The position numbers and the translations under genes are program-made. The notes under the pieces are model-generated. The model saw only the letters and a program-made list of their open reading frames with translations. It was not told the origin of the DNA and ran no database searches. Source: Candidatus Cloacimonadales bacterium (GTDB taxonomy: Bacteria; Cloacimonadota; Cloacimonadia; Cloacimonadales; DAONDQ01). From it: 64,000 bases of DNA. This document shows, one piece after another, positions 9,426 through 19,900 of this stretch (within the stretch, counting starts at the first letter, position 1; each line of letters starts with the position of its first letter). The stretch is taken from contig OY759316.1 of assembly GCA_963662275.1 (NCBI GenBank), forward strand, positions 672,001 through 736,000. Reading direction: 5' to 3'.

Positions 9426-12400
9426 ATGAAGCTTATTAGTTTACTCTCTTTTATTTGCATATTGTTCTTAAATGCAAATCTTTTTGCACTTCCTGGACAA
9501 GTAACAAAACCTATCTGGAATATTGAAACAGATGTCGTAAGCTGGACTGCAGTTAGTGGAGCTTTAGATTACTCTGCTCAATTGTATAAAAACGGTTCTG
9601 CTTTCGGTGCAGAAGTAACTGGCATTGCAAGTCTAACTTATGATTTCCATGCAACTCTTCTTGCAGATGGCACACCCTCAAGCAACAACAATAAGTACAC
9701 AGTTAAAGTAAGAGCTCGAGATAATAGCGGTTACGGAGCTTATTCTGTGTTATCGCTGAATAACGTGAAAGGACTCTCAAGTATCATAGTGAAAGGGCTG
9801 AATGGAGATGACAATAATGACGGTTATCCCATTTGGAATACAGGGAACTTGCACACTGCATTTTCCTTCTCTCCGGCAACATTAACTTATACTGCCACTC
9901 TCAGGCATGAATTACGCGGTCTTTTTATTTATTTTCCTAATCATTCAGTTGCCAATACAAATAATCCAGTTGAAATTACCAATACTTTTAATTTGAGTAC
10001 AGTCGTTTTATCAACCCGAACCCTCTCCGATTCTGCTTATACAGACCTGGAAATGGCAAGACATGCCAGTACGGATGAAAAGAATGTTATCACCATCGTC
10101 GTAAATAAAAACAATACAGGTTTCGAAAGAACCTACACTTTGAATTTCCGACGCAGAATGGGTTGCGCTGTTGGATCAATGGCTCAGTTACTGCCTGCTT
10201 CAACGGCAAGTCCATTGTATAGCATCACTGGAAATACGCAATACAGTTCCGCCTTGACAGGTAGTAACGTATCCTTTACTCCTGGAACTGATACCCCCTC
10301 ACTTGTAAATGGTGACACTACTCCCACATACACAGCACTTAACTGGTATGTCCAGGCAGAAACAGGAACTGCATATTTCGATACCAATGGTCTTTTGCAT
10401 CCTTTGAGCAATGGAACATTTAAAGTGAGAGCCAAAACTACAGACGGAACCAATCTGAATAGAGTTTCAAAATACAGCTACAATATTACTGGTATGTCTG
10501 GTTGGCCTGCACATTTAGGCAAATTGGTTATTTGCGATGCTAATATATTGACTGATACGTTGACTATCAACCCCGCATTCAAAGCTGACCTGCCAAATAG
10601 TACCATTTTTAGTGTTACTGTAGCAGCAGGGACTAGCAGTATTTGTGTTTCATCCATGGTACCTACAGATTGTTCTTTCTCCATAAATAACGATTTAGTA
10701 GCAAATAACAGTGATGTCGTGATTAAGCTAAAAAAAGGCATCAATACTTTAAATCTCAGAGTAATCAAAAATTCAGGAACGGCAAGATATTATACGCTGG
10801 TAGTAACAAGAGAAGCTAATGCCAGGCTTCAATATGGAATACAGACAGTGTCTAATAGCTATCCCTATCTTTCTGCTCCGAATGGAACACAATTTGGCTT
10901 GGATACAGCAACGCACAAGGATAGAATGACTGTTGAAGCCTGGGTAAAATGGTCAGTTACTCCCCCAAGTGATGCGATATATCAATGGGCAAATATCGTT
11001 ACAATTGACAGAGCATACCAAAGTGATATAGGTCAGTTCTGGCTACAGCATGATGTAACGAATACTAAATTTGAATTTGCTCTAAGAACTACAACAGGTA
11101 GGAATTTTGTTCAGTCACGTACACAACCACTGAAAGATACATGGTATCATATTGCTGGTGTTTACACAGGCAGTTACATCAAACTTTTTGTGAATGGTGT
11201 TGAAGAAGCGAGTGCATCTCGTACTGGGGATATCAATCCTATCACTAACGTTGCTCCGAATCCTGATCGTCTTTGGATTGGACGCAGTCCGAGCACTGGA
11301 ACAAATAACCCGGGAACTCGTATTTTTGTAGGCAATATCCGTGGTGTTGCTCTTTGGATGGGGCAGTATAAAGATACCGGACAGATTGCTGATGACTACA
11401 TGGATGGAGTTACGAATGAAACAAATGTTCCTGATGAAGCTCCTTTACCGAATTTTTTCTGGCTGTTGAATGAAACATCAGGATCCAGTGGAACTTCTGT
11501 TTTGCCGACTTTTGGGGCAGTTAATCTGACAATGCAGAGTTTAACAAATGCAGCATTCACAAATGGTGGATCACTGAACGATAATAATGGTTCTATCTTT
11601 TTGTATAGACCAATAAGAATGGATTTGCGCAATGTCGATACATCCCAGTCTGCTATTTTAGTTGATGCCGGTGGCTATGACAGCAATGCTAAGTATATCC
11701 TTCCAAGCTCTTTAACGAGTCCCACTTATTATAAAGTCTGGAATCATATTACGGGAACATATCAACAACCTACTTCTATTGATGCCAGTAATGGTGTGCC
11801 ATTTTATCATAATCCATCGACAACAGCAGGCAGATTCTGGATACCCATAATTCCGGGTGGGAACTCGACTGTTGATGCAACTTTTGTTGATGCATTAACA
11901 GCAAATTATGCAGCTTATCACACACAAATACCCTGCAGTACTCCTACAGCAATGATAGCGGGAAATACATTCGATATTACAGGTTACATCATAGGTAATA
12001 CTCGATATCCTACTACAAATAAATATGTGGTATTGGGGTATAATCAGACAGTTGATGGTAATCTGATTTCTGCAACTTCAACAGATATTGCTACAAATAG
12101 AGCTCAATTCAAATTGGCATCTGATCAAGTAATAAAGCGGATTGAAATTCGTACTTTGGACGACATTCCAATTAAGAATATCATGAATAGTTCCGGATGG
12201 TCTACCAACATTACGTTGGACGATCAAACACTGCCCGTGGAACTTACATCCTTTACAGCAGTAATCACAGCACAGAATTATGTTACGTTGGATTGGACAA
12301 CACAATCAGAAACAGGAGTTCTAGGCTATCGAGTTTATCGTAATACAAGTGGAAATTTCGATAGCGCAACTATGGTAAGTCCTCTCATTGAAGCCACCAA

Positions 12401-12848
12401 TACGTCACAGACAACCACTTATAGCTTTACTGATAATGAAATCACCGAAGATGGAACTTATTATTATTGGCTTCAGAACCAAGATATCGATGGTGAATTT
12501 GCTGTACATGGTCCCATATCCGTTATAGTACAGATCTCTACTCCTCCAGATATTCAACCAGTGATTCCTATCTTGACAAAACTGAATAATCCGTATCCAA
12601 ACCCATTCAATCCTGATATTACCATTGCTTATGACTTGGCAAAAGCAGAACATGTCCAAATTATGGTTTTCAACATGAAAGGACAAAAGATTTGTACTTT
12701 GCTGGATACCGATAAAGACGCAGGGCAAGCGAGAATAACCTGGAACGGGAAAAATGACAATGGAAATAGCTTAGCTTCAGGTATTTATTATGTACATATG
12801 ACGGCTGGAAAATATCAGGCTACTCAGAAAGTAGTATTGCTGAAATAG
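9426..12848 (+). CDS. Secreted multi-domain protein: cadherin-like beta-sandwiches, LamG/ConA-like domain, C-terminal FlgD/T9SS-type sorting domain
   Basis: GGAGG RBS before ATG 9426; signal peptide; MTVEAWV...WYHIAGVY...LFVNG (LamG); TLPVELTSF and PNPFNP...LASGIYY C-terminus. Confidence 0.8.
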   Translation: MKLISLLSFICILFLNANLFALPGQVTKPIWNIETDVVSWTAVSGALDYSAQLYKNGSAFGAEVTGIASLTYDFHATLLADGTPSSNNNKYTVKVRARDNSGYGAYSVLSLNNVKGLSSIIVKGLNGDDNNDGYPIWNTGNLHTAFSFSPATLTYTATLRHELRGLFIYFPNHSVANTNNPVEITNTFNLSTVVLSTRTLSDSAYTDLEMARHASTDEKNVITIVVNKNNTGFERTYTLNFRRRMGCAVGSMAQLLPASTASPLYSITGNTQYSSALTGSNVSFTPGTDTPSLVNGDTTPTYTALNWYVQAETGTAYFDTNGLLHPLSNGTFKVRAKTTDGTNLNRVSKYSYNITGMSGWPAHLGKLVICDANILTDTLTINPAFKADLPNSTIFSVTVAAGTSSICVSSMVPTDCSFSINNDLVANNSDVVIKLKKGINTLNLRVIKNSGTARYYTLVVTREANARLQYGIQTVSNSYPYLSAPNGTQFGLDTATHKDRMTVEAWVKWSVTPPSDAIYQWANIVTIDRAYQSDIGQFWLQHDVTNTKFEFALRTTTGRNFVQSRTQPLKDTWYHIAGVYTGSYIKLFVNGVEEASASRTGDINPITNVAPNPDRLWIGRSPSTGTNNPGTRIFVGNIRGVALWMGQYKDTGQIADDYMDGVTNETNVPDEAPLPNFFWLLNETSGSSGTSVLPTFGAVNLTMQSLTNAAFTNGGSLNDNNGSIFLYRPIRMDLRNVDTSQSAILVDAGGYDSNAKYILPSSLTSPTYYKVWNHITGTYQQPTSIDASNGVPFYHNPSTTAGRFWIPIIPGGNSTVDATFVDALTANYAAYHTQIPCSTPTAMIAGNTFDITGYIIGNTRYPTTNKYVVLGYNQTVDGNLISATSTDIATNRAQFKLASDQVIKRIEIRTLDDIPIKNIMNSSGWSTNITLDDQTLPVELTSFTAVITAQNYVTLDWTTQSETGVLGYRVYRNTSGNFDSATMVSPLIEATNTSQTTTYSFTDNEITEDGTYYYWLQNQDIDGEFAVHGPISVIVQISTPPDIQPVIPILTKLNNPYPNPFNPDITIAYDLAKAEHVQIMVFNMKGQKICTLLDTDKDAGQARITWNGKNDNGNSLASGIYYVHMTAGKYQATQKVVLLK

Positions 12849-12863
12849 ATAATCAATTCTCAT

Positions 12864-12899
12864 AAGATGCTATCTGATTCCAGATAGCATCTTTTTTTT
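12864..12899 (+). terminator. Intrinsic terminator
   Basis: AAGATGCTATCTG-loop-CAGATAGCATCTT followed by a T run. Confidence 0.8.
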
Positions 12900-12908
12900 G
12901 TATTTGAT

Positions 12909-12933
12909 AAAAAAAAGACCGCTTTCGCGGTCT
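12909..12933 (-). terminator. Intrinsic terminator of the tRNA
   Basis: On the minus strand AGACCGCGAAAGCGGTC followed by a T run. Confidence 0.7.
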
Positions 12934-12942
12934 CATAAACAA

Positions 12943-13018
12943 TGGTGGAGCATAGCAGGATCGAACTGCTGACCTCTTGACTGCCAGTCAAGCGCTCTCC
13001 CAGCTGAGCTAATGCCCC
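12943..13018 (-). tRNA. tRNA-Ala (GGC)
   Basis: GGGGCATTAGCTCAGCTGGGAGAGCGCTTGACTGGCAGTCAAGAGGTCAGCAGTTCGATCCTGCTATGCTCCACCA; 76 nt, encoded CCA, G3:U70. Confidence 0.97.
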
Positions 13019-13076
13019 ACAGATAGGGGTAAATTCGAAGGGAGAGGTGAAGATGTCAAGGAGATTTTCGACACGT

Positions 13077-16000
13077 TTATTTTCGAGAACTAATTTCTTG
13101 TAAAGTTTCCTCTATCAGCTTGTCTGTCAACTCCATGAAACCCTTAGCAGAACAAGAAGTAAAGAGTTCCATAGCTTTGTGTAACTTGGGTATAGCATCG
13201 GAGAATTTGTCTTGTACAAAATCCAGTAAGGCATAGTTGTAGTAGAAGCGTCCCAAACCATCAATATCACCTGTTTCTTCCAATAATGGTACTTGTTTCA
13301 GATAATAGGATTCCGCAAGGGCATAGTCTTCCTCTGATTTCGCCACATTTGCCAGGTTTCCATAAGTATGGGCAATGGCTTCATTGTCCTTCAGCTTTTG
13401 CTGCAGTTCAAGGTTCATAAGATAGATTTCCTTTGCCTTGGCATTATTGCCTGTTTGATAATATACATCACCTATGGCGTCATAAGCATAGGAAACACCA
13501 GTTGAATCTCCAATGAGCTGAGACATTTCCAGAGACTGCTGGAAGTAAGTGAGAGCTATATCTTTTTTTTCTAAGTAATAATAGGCTTCCCCAATATTAT
13601 ACAGCGTTGTCTCTTCCTGCTGCCGGTTACCAGTTAGCTTTGTAAAGATCAGGCTTTTTTCATAACAGGCAATCGCTTTATTAAATTTGGCTTCATTCCG
13701 ATAGATTGTTCCCATATCCATAATCACCTTACTATATCCGTTCCTATCCCCTGTTTTCTCTGCCAGACGTAAGGCACGTCTGTAGAAGGACATGCATTTC
13801 TGTCTTTCTCCTTTTCGAAAATGAATGATACCAAAACTGCTGAGTGCCGTTCGTTTAGCTATATTGTCCTTTATTTTTAATCCTGAGCGATATACTGTTT
13901 CGTAGTACTGTATGGCATCCTGGTATCGGGATTGGTTGAGATAGTATTGTCCTATCACTGACCCAAGCCTAACCAAATTATGATGATCCTGTTCTGTAAC
14001 AAATTCCTCGTACATATGAAGTGCCCTTTCTTCGAATTGCTCTGCAAAATTCATGGATTGGAGAGCATCCAGGTAAACAAATTCAAACCAATTAGCATAG
14101 GGCTGGGTAGTGATCTTTACTGTCATCGACTCAACGAATTGCTTGAGTTCTATATAGTTTGCCTGGATATCCAAAATCTTGGCACGCAGGTAAATCCATT
14201 TATCCCTTGTCTGATCTGATAATTCAGTAGTAGAATCAATAGTTTCAAATTGTGTCACAGCTTCGTTCGTATTACCTTTAAAAAGAAGGCATTCTACAAG
14301 GGCTAGGCGTAGTTCAGTCTGTGTTTGGATATCCTGTGTGACTTTGAGTGCCATTTCATAAAAGTAGATACTTTCTCCAAAATTACTCAGACTGAAGTTC
14401 TTTTCTGCAGCCAAACGACAATATTCACAAGTCTTCTCAATCTCTTCAGCTAATTGATTATGACTGGCGAGAAGTTCATAATAGGGATAGAGATCAGCAG
14501 CATATTTTTGTTCATAAAAAGCAGCAATTCTACCATGTAATGAACGTTTCTCGCTCATCAGGATAATGCGGTAAATGGCGTCGCGCATAAGATGATTACT
14601 GAAAGCATATTCCACTTTGGGATCAAAGGATTTCTGATCGATGATACGGTCGGAACTTAAGTGATTCAGGATGGCATATATTTCCTGATGAAGTATTTGC
14701 TGGTTAATAATGATATAATCATCGAGAGTAAAAGCCTTCCCGATAATTGATGCGATTTTTAGAACTTCCTGAGCTTCCTGATCCAAAGATTCAAACTGAT
14801 TCACAAACAAATTCTCTATGGTCTGTGGAATCAATCCCTGCCGTTCAAGGGAAAGAAGTGCATCTTCTGTCAATAAATCCTGTTTGTAGTTGAAATGTTG
14901 CTTAATCACTTTACACATTTCTACAACAAATAACGGATTACCCTGTGTGATTTTGAATAGATGAGCAATAGCATCCTGGCTCACATTGGGAAGATTCGCC
15001 TGGATCATGGCTCCCACACCACGCTGGCTCAAGTTCTTTAGTTCAAGAAGAAAATGACGATAATTGTTTAGAAATTCAAGATTTTCATTGAAACGGGTCG
15101 TAACTGTAACGCAGCAATTGTCTGCCAGAATGAGTGGTATCAGCTTCAGCAAAATAGCTTTCGAACTGCCATCAATCCAATGCATATTATCAATTAAAAG
15201 AAGATCGACACCTTTCAGTGTTTCAGCAAGGAGTTGTGCCATATTGGCGAAGAGAAGCTGAGTTTCCTTTAGGAGACTTTCATCAGGATTATCATGAACC
15301 TGTTTGGAAGCAGAGAGATATCTCTGTAGCAGATGAAAGTCAATAGCAAGTCCTTTTACCTTACAATAGCTTTCCAACTGGGAATATTCCTTTGCCAGGT
15401 TCGTTAGAAATAACCGTCTTTGTAAAATCTTGAAAAACAACTGCATTTGACCGTTTTGATCAAATTCATCAAGAACAATCAATTCAATGCATTTTCCTGC
15501 TTCATTGAAATGGTCCATGATTCGATATGAGAGGAAAGATTTTCCGGCACCAGGATCACCTGAAAGAGCAGCTATTTCCAGTTTTTTTTGTTCAAAACCA
15601 TGGAGAATAGTGTCTACTTCCTTTTCATAAGCAACCAGTCTTTGTTCTTTAAATTGATGGTTAAACGCCACCCAGTTCTCTGGTAATTCTCGTAGAAGTT
15701 TGTAAATCCGGATGGGAATTTTAATCCCTTTCACTGTCGATGTTTTTAGAAATAGCGTTTCGAAACGGGAGACTATTTTCGGTAGGATTTCTTCTGAAAA
15801 AGCGATTTCACCATATTCGACAGTAGACATTAGGCGCACAGCAGTATTGACAGCATCACCAATTATTCCGTATTCATAACGCAGATCACTCCCTAAAATA
15901 CCTGCGTAGATATTACTATAAGTAATACCTATCCTAAGCTGAATGGCATCATTATGGATTTGAAGAATACGATAACTGCAAATAAAAGCACGTTCGATAT

Positions 16001-16898
16001 CATCGAAATGAATTAGTGGAATACCAAAATTTAATATAATCAGATATCCTTTATCAGTGAAATCGATCTTATTGATCGTACCATCCAACTCATAGACACA
16101 ACGCTGTAGTTCACGATAGAACATATGATATGCATCTACGGGAATAGTACTATCATCATTTTTCGGTTTCAGCCCGATAAAGATTACAGCAGCATTTCTT
16201 AACTCAGCTTGAGATGACTGAGCTTTCAGTTTTGTTTGCACAGATTTAGGAAGAAAATATTCTCCAATATGTAAATTGACATGCGATACCTCTTGTTCAG
16301 CGATAACAATTGGAGTCATATCAGAAGAGTGTGATTTGAAATTCTCTGGAAACAATATTTGTCCGGCAATTGCCTTCTCACCCAGGAGAAACGATTCTTG
16401 CAAAGAATCTCCTGTAAAGTAATAATCAAGATGGAAAGCAGGATCACCAACAATGCAGGCATTAATTGCACCATAGGATACCCCACCATGAAAAGAAATT
16501 GTAAAGCCATAATTCTGTTGGAAAGTAGGATTTATTCTGTCTAAGGCAATAAGCATATCTTTTACGCAAGAATCAATTTGCGAAAGTACAGCATCACGTT
16601 TTCCACAAAATATTGCTACAATCGAATCACCACCAAATTTAATGACATCTCCTCCGAACATAGTGATACAATTTACCATTTCATTAAAATAGGTATGCAG
16701 AACTTCGGTGATGATCTCAACTCCATAATGCCCTTTTGAACTGACCTTTTCTGTAATCTTAGTAAAAGAACTTACATCAGTGAAAATAATACCCATTTCT
16801 TCTGTACGTACAATGGGATATTGAGATGAACGTGATAATTGAATACCTTTGACCATATCCACGATGTAATTCGGAAGCAAAGAAACTTGGTGCGGCAT
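13077..16898 (-). CDS. Class III nucleotide cyclase (tandem cyclase domains) with P-loop/STAND NTPase and TPR repeats (soluble adenylyl cyclase-like architecture)
   Basis: FTDVSSFT and KFGGDS (domain 1); GDAVNTAVRL (domain 2); GDPGAGKS Walker A; IDNMHWID; GNPLFV; C-terminal TPRs. Confidence 0.85.
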   Translation of the reverse strand: MPHQVSLLPNYIVDMVKGIQLSRSSQYPIVRTEEMGIIFTDVSSFTKITEKVSSKGHYGVEIITEVLHTYFNEMVNCITMFGGDVIKFGGDSIVAIFCGKRDAVLSQIDSCVKDMLIALDRINPTFQQNYGFTISFHGGVSYGAINACIVGDPAFHLDYYFTGDSLQESFLLGEKAIAGQILFPENFKSHSSDMTPIVIAEQEVSHVNLHIGEYFLPKSVQTKLKAQSSQAELRNAAVIFIGLKPKNDDSTIPVDAYHMFYRELQRCVYELDGTINKIDFTDKGYLIILNFGIPLIHFDDIERAFICSYRILQIHNDAIQLRIGITYSNIYAGILGSDLRYEYGIIGDAVNTAVRLMSTVEYGEIAFSEEILPKIVSRFETLFLKTSTVKGIKIPIRIYKLLRELPENWVAFNHQFKEQRLVAYEKEVDTILHGFEQKKLEIAALSGDPGAGKSFLSYRIMDHFNEAGKCIELIVLDEFDQNGQMQLFFKILQRRLFLTNLAKEYSQLESYCKVKGLAIDFHLLQRYLSASKQVHDNPDESLLKETQLLFANMAQLLAETLKGVDLLLIDNMHWIDGSSKAILLKLIPLILADNCCVTVTTRFNENLEFLNNYRHFLLELKNLSQRGVGAMIQANLPNVSQDAIAHLFKITQGNPLFVVEMCKVIKQHFNYKQDLLTEDALLSLERQGLIPQTIENLFVNQFESLDQEAQEVLKIASIIGKAFTLDDYIIINQQILHQEIYAILNHLSSDRIIDQKSFDPKVEYAFSNHLMRDAIYRIILMSEKRSLHGRIAAFYEQKYAADLYPYYELLASHNQLAEEIEKTCEYCRLAAEKNFSLSNFGESIYFYEMALKVTQDIQTQTELRLALVECLLFKGNTNEAVTQFETIDSTTELSDQTRDKWIYLRAKILDIQANYIELKQFVESMTVKITTQPYANWFEFVYLDALQSMNFAEQFEERALHMYEEFVTEQDHHNLVRLGSVIGQYYLNQSRYQDAIQYYETVYRSGLKIKDNIAKRTALSSFGIIHFRKGERQKCMSFYRRALRLAEKTGDRNGYSKVIMDMGTIYRNEAKFNKAIACYEKSLIFTKLTGNRQQEETTLYNIGEAYYYLEKKDIALTYFQQSLEMSQLIGDSTGVSYAYDAIGDVYYQTGNNAKAKEIYLMNLELQQKLKDNEAIAHTYGNLANVAKSEEDYALAESYYLKQVPLLEETGDIDGLGRFYYNYALLDFVQDKFSDAIPKLHKAMELFTSCSAKGFMELTDKLIEETLQEISSRK

Positions 16899-16918
16899 GA
16901 TTTTTCCTTATAAGCAAG

Positions 16919-16947
16919 ATAAAGGGCGACCTGAGTCGCCCTTTTAT
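16919..16947 (-). terminator. Hairpin, possible terminator or processing site, between the giant protein gene and the cyclase gene
   Basis: AAAGGGCGAC-CTGA-GTCGCCCTTT. Confidence 0.6.
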
Positions 16948-16955
16948 CGGTTATT

Positions 16956-19900
16956 TTACTTTCGTTCTAAAGGTTTTGTTAACGATTGCTCTTCTTTTTG
17001 CCAAGACTTTCTACGGTGTGAATTTACAAATTGTTGCATCTGGATTCGTGTACCAACAAAGCCTATGACAAAGTAATATTGTTGAGCATCCTGGTCCAGA
17101 GCGTTTAAATGTGTATAATGAGTTAAACCTTCCGTTGATGCCAGGAACTCAAATGGTACATTAGGATCATTTGCATGATAAATCAGATAGAAATTAACAG
17201 TTACATCATTACCTTGCAAATCATGTGTAACCGGACTCCAACTCAGTTCCAGGCTATTATTCTGCCTGATGACATGCATGTTCTGCGGAGCTGAAAGCGC
17301 TGCATTCTGAATAACAATATAGTTGACCTGGACAATGGAATCAACTAAAGTACTCGTCTGAACACGCAATTTAATAGTATAGAATCCCTGTACAGCAAAA
17401 GTATGAGAAGGATTCATTTCATAGGAGTCCCAACTTCCGTTATTATCAAAATCCCAGGCATAAGCGGAAAGCGCAGGATCATGTCCTAGGCAGACACTGG
17501 TGAATTGAATCACTTCTCCAATAGTTTCAAAGCGCTTATCTGCTATGAAGCCTGCTTTATGCAAATAAGGTATAGCTCCCTGGTCTGCTAATGTTCCATC
17601 TTCATCTTTTTTCTCATGGAGACCGCCAGCATCAATACAGGGGCTATCCAATGTCAGATTGAAATCATCTGCGAGAGGATTCCTGAAAAGAGGATTGGTG
17701 TTTATGTTACCAATTCCCTCGTATAAACCACCAGAAAAGCTGATATCATTGTAATCAGCAGCCAACCGTGAGCCTGTTTTCTCAACAGGTTGTGGATTAG
17801 GTACATCATTCCAGCAGATATTTTGTACAAAACGTAACTCTGAACCGACCAGTTTGAGTGCGTGGCTATATTGGTTTATAGTATTATTGCGGATGGTCAG
17901 ACTGTCAGCAGCATTAATTGAGATAGCCCAATTGGCTGTTCCCGGATTACTTGAATAAAAACTACTATTCAAATAAAGCTGGTTATGATCCACTATAGGA
18001 AGTGCAGCCGAACCAATGATCTCGATGCCCATCGTGCAATTCTTGATCGTATTTCCTGTGATACGCATGCGATTGCTATCAGGAATCTTGATACCGGTAC
18101 CGTAGTTCTCGAACCAACAATTTTTGACCAATCCCTGGCGGGAATCCAGCAATATCAGACCAATTCCGGTATTTCTATTACTATTACTACTGTTACGAAT
18201 ACGCAGATTGCTGAGTGTTGGAGCTGCTGTTGCTGCTCGACTGGTGTTAGCGAATTGTATACCAACAGCATAACCATCTATGGAATCATTCACGATAAAC
18301 ACTTTATCCATATTATCCAAATACATCCCAAATGTTCCCACAAGTCTGCTGTTGGAACTGTTTCGGATTCTAAGATTTGATAACGACTGTGTCCCCGTAC
18401 CTGCCCTATCTAATTGGCGAAGGTAGCGAATTCCGATAACATATCCGTCAATGTCACAGAGGTTAACTTTTGCATCTACTGATCCCTGGAACAACATACC
18501 AATCGTATCTGTTCGATTAGAATTACTGCTGTTCCGAATTCGCAGATTACTTAATGTGGGTGTGCTTGTTGCTGCCCGATTTGTCTCTTCGATCACAACT
18601 CCGTTATTGAATCCGGTAATGGAATCATTATCAACAATCACTTCTGGTAGCCCACTCAAGTATATTCCGGTTTTGCCGGTACTTCTTGAATTACTGCTGT
18701 TCCGAATTCGAAGGTTAGATAAGGATGGTGTCGTTCTTTGTATGGGAGCGGAACCAGAATAATAGATTCCGAACATCACTTCTTCAATTACTGAATTTGT
18801 TATCTGGGCTATAATGTTACCTGTTAATACAATTCCGTAGTTATCTGTTCGGTTGGAATTACTGCTATTTCGAATACGAAGATTGGACATTGAAGGTGTT
18901 GCCGTCCCACGTGCCTGATTCACAATTTCAATGCCTTTCAGGCAGTTGCCAATACTGTCATTCTCAATGATTACATTTGCCATGTTTTCCAGATAAATAC
19001 CCGTATTATTGGTACGATTCGAATTACTGCTATTACGAATTCGCAGATTGGAAAGGGAAGGAGTTGTTCTCCCCCCAGCCTGGTTTCCGCGTTGGTACTT
19101 AATACCGTAATCGTAATTTTCAATCACCAAGCTATCCAATTTAGCATCAATATCACCATTTAATAGTACGCCTATCGCATCTGTCCGACCTGAATTGCTG
19201 CTATTACGAATCCGTAAATTGGATAATGAAGGCGTAGTGGTTGCACGTGTCCCAAGATTTTCAATCACAATACCTTGGTTATAGTTATTAATTATCAGAT
19301 TAGTCAGATGGGGTGAACCACCACCAGTCACAAGGATGGCTGCACCAGTGGGAGTAGTGAGAGTGGAGTCGATTTCAATAGTACAACTGTCGACTTCAAT
19401 ATCAGAACCTTCAATCAGAATAGGTTGCAGAGCATTAAAAATAAAGCAGTCATTCAATTGGCTTTCATCAGAACCTGTTCCGAAAACAAGTCCTCCCCAA
19501 CTACCACCCTCGAGTGTACCAAATGAAACACTATCAGCCGAAAGGTTTCCATTTACAACAAAGGTGGAATCTGCCAGGAAGTTGACAACAACACCTGATT
19601 GGATTGTTAAAGAATCTGTAGAAGATATATCCAATCCACCCATAATATAGAATGGTGAACCTGTTGTTTCCCAGTCACCAGATACAATATCCGTGTTGGA
19701 AATACCTGTTCCCTGGGCAATTACATGAACTGCCACGTCTTGAATGACAATTTCACGGTATAGAGTATCTTCAACCGCTACCTGTAAATTCTCCACAAAA
19801 TCACTATCAGAAGTTGTAGATAAATTAACGATCGTACCCTCAACTGAAGAGATCAGATTGACTGTTGGCAAAACACTAACTCTTTGCGTTGACCAGTCTG

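Noticed and set aside
12943..13018. tRNA-Ala as the attachment site of a genomic island
   Set aside because: No integrase and no duplicated tRNA 3' end were seen in the window
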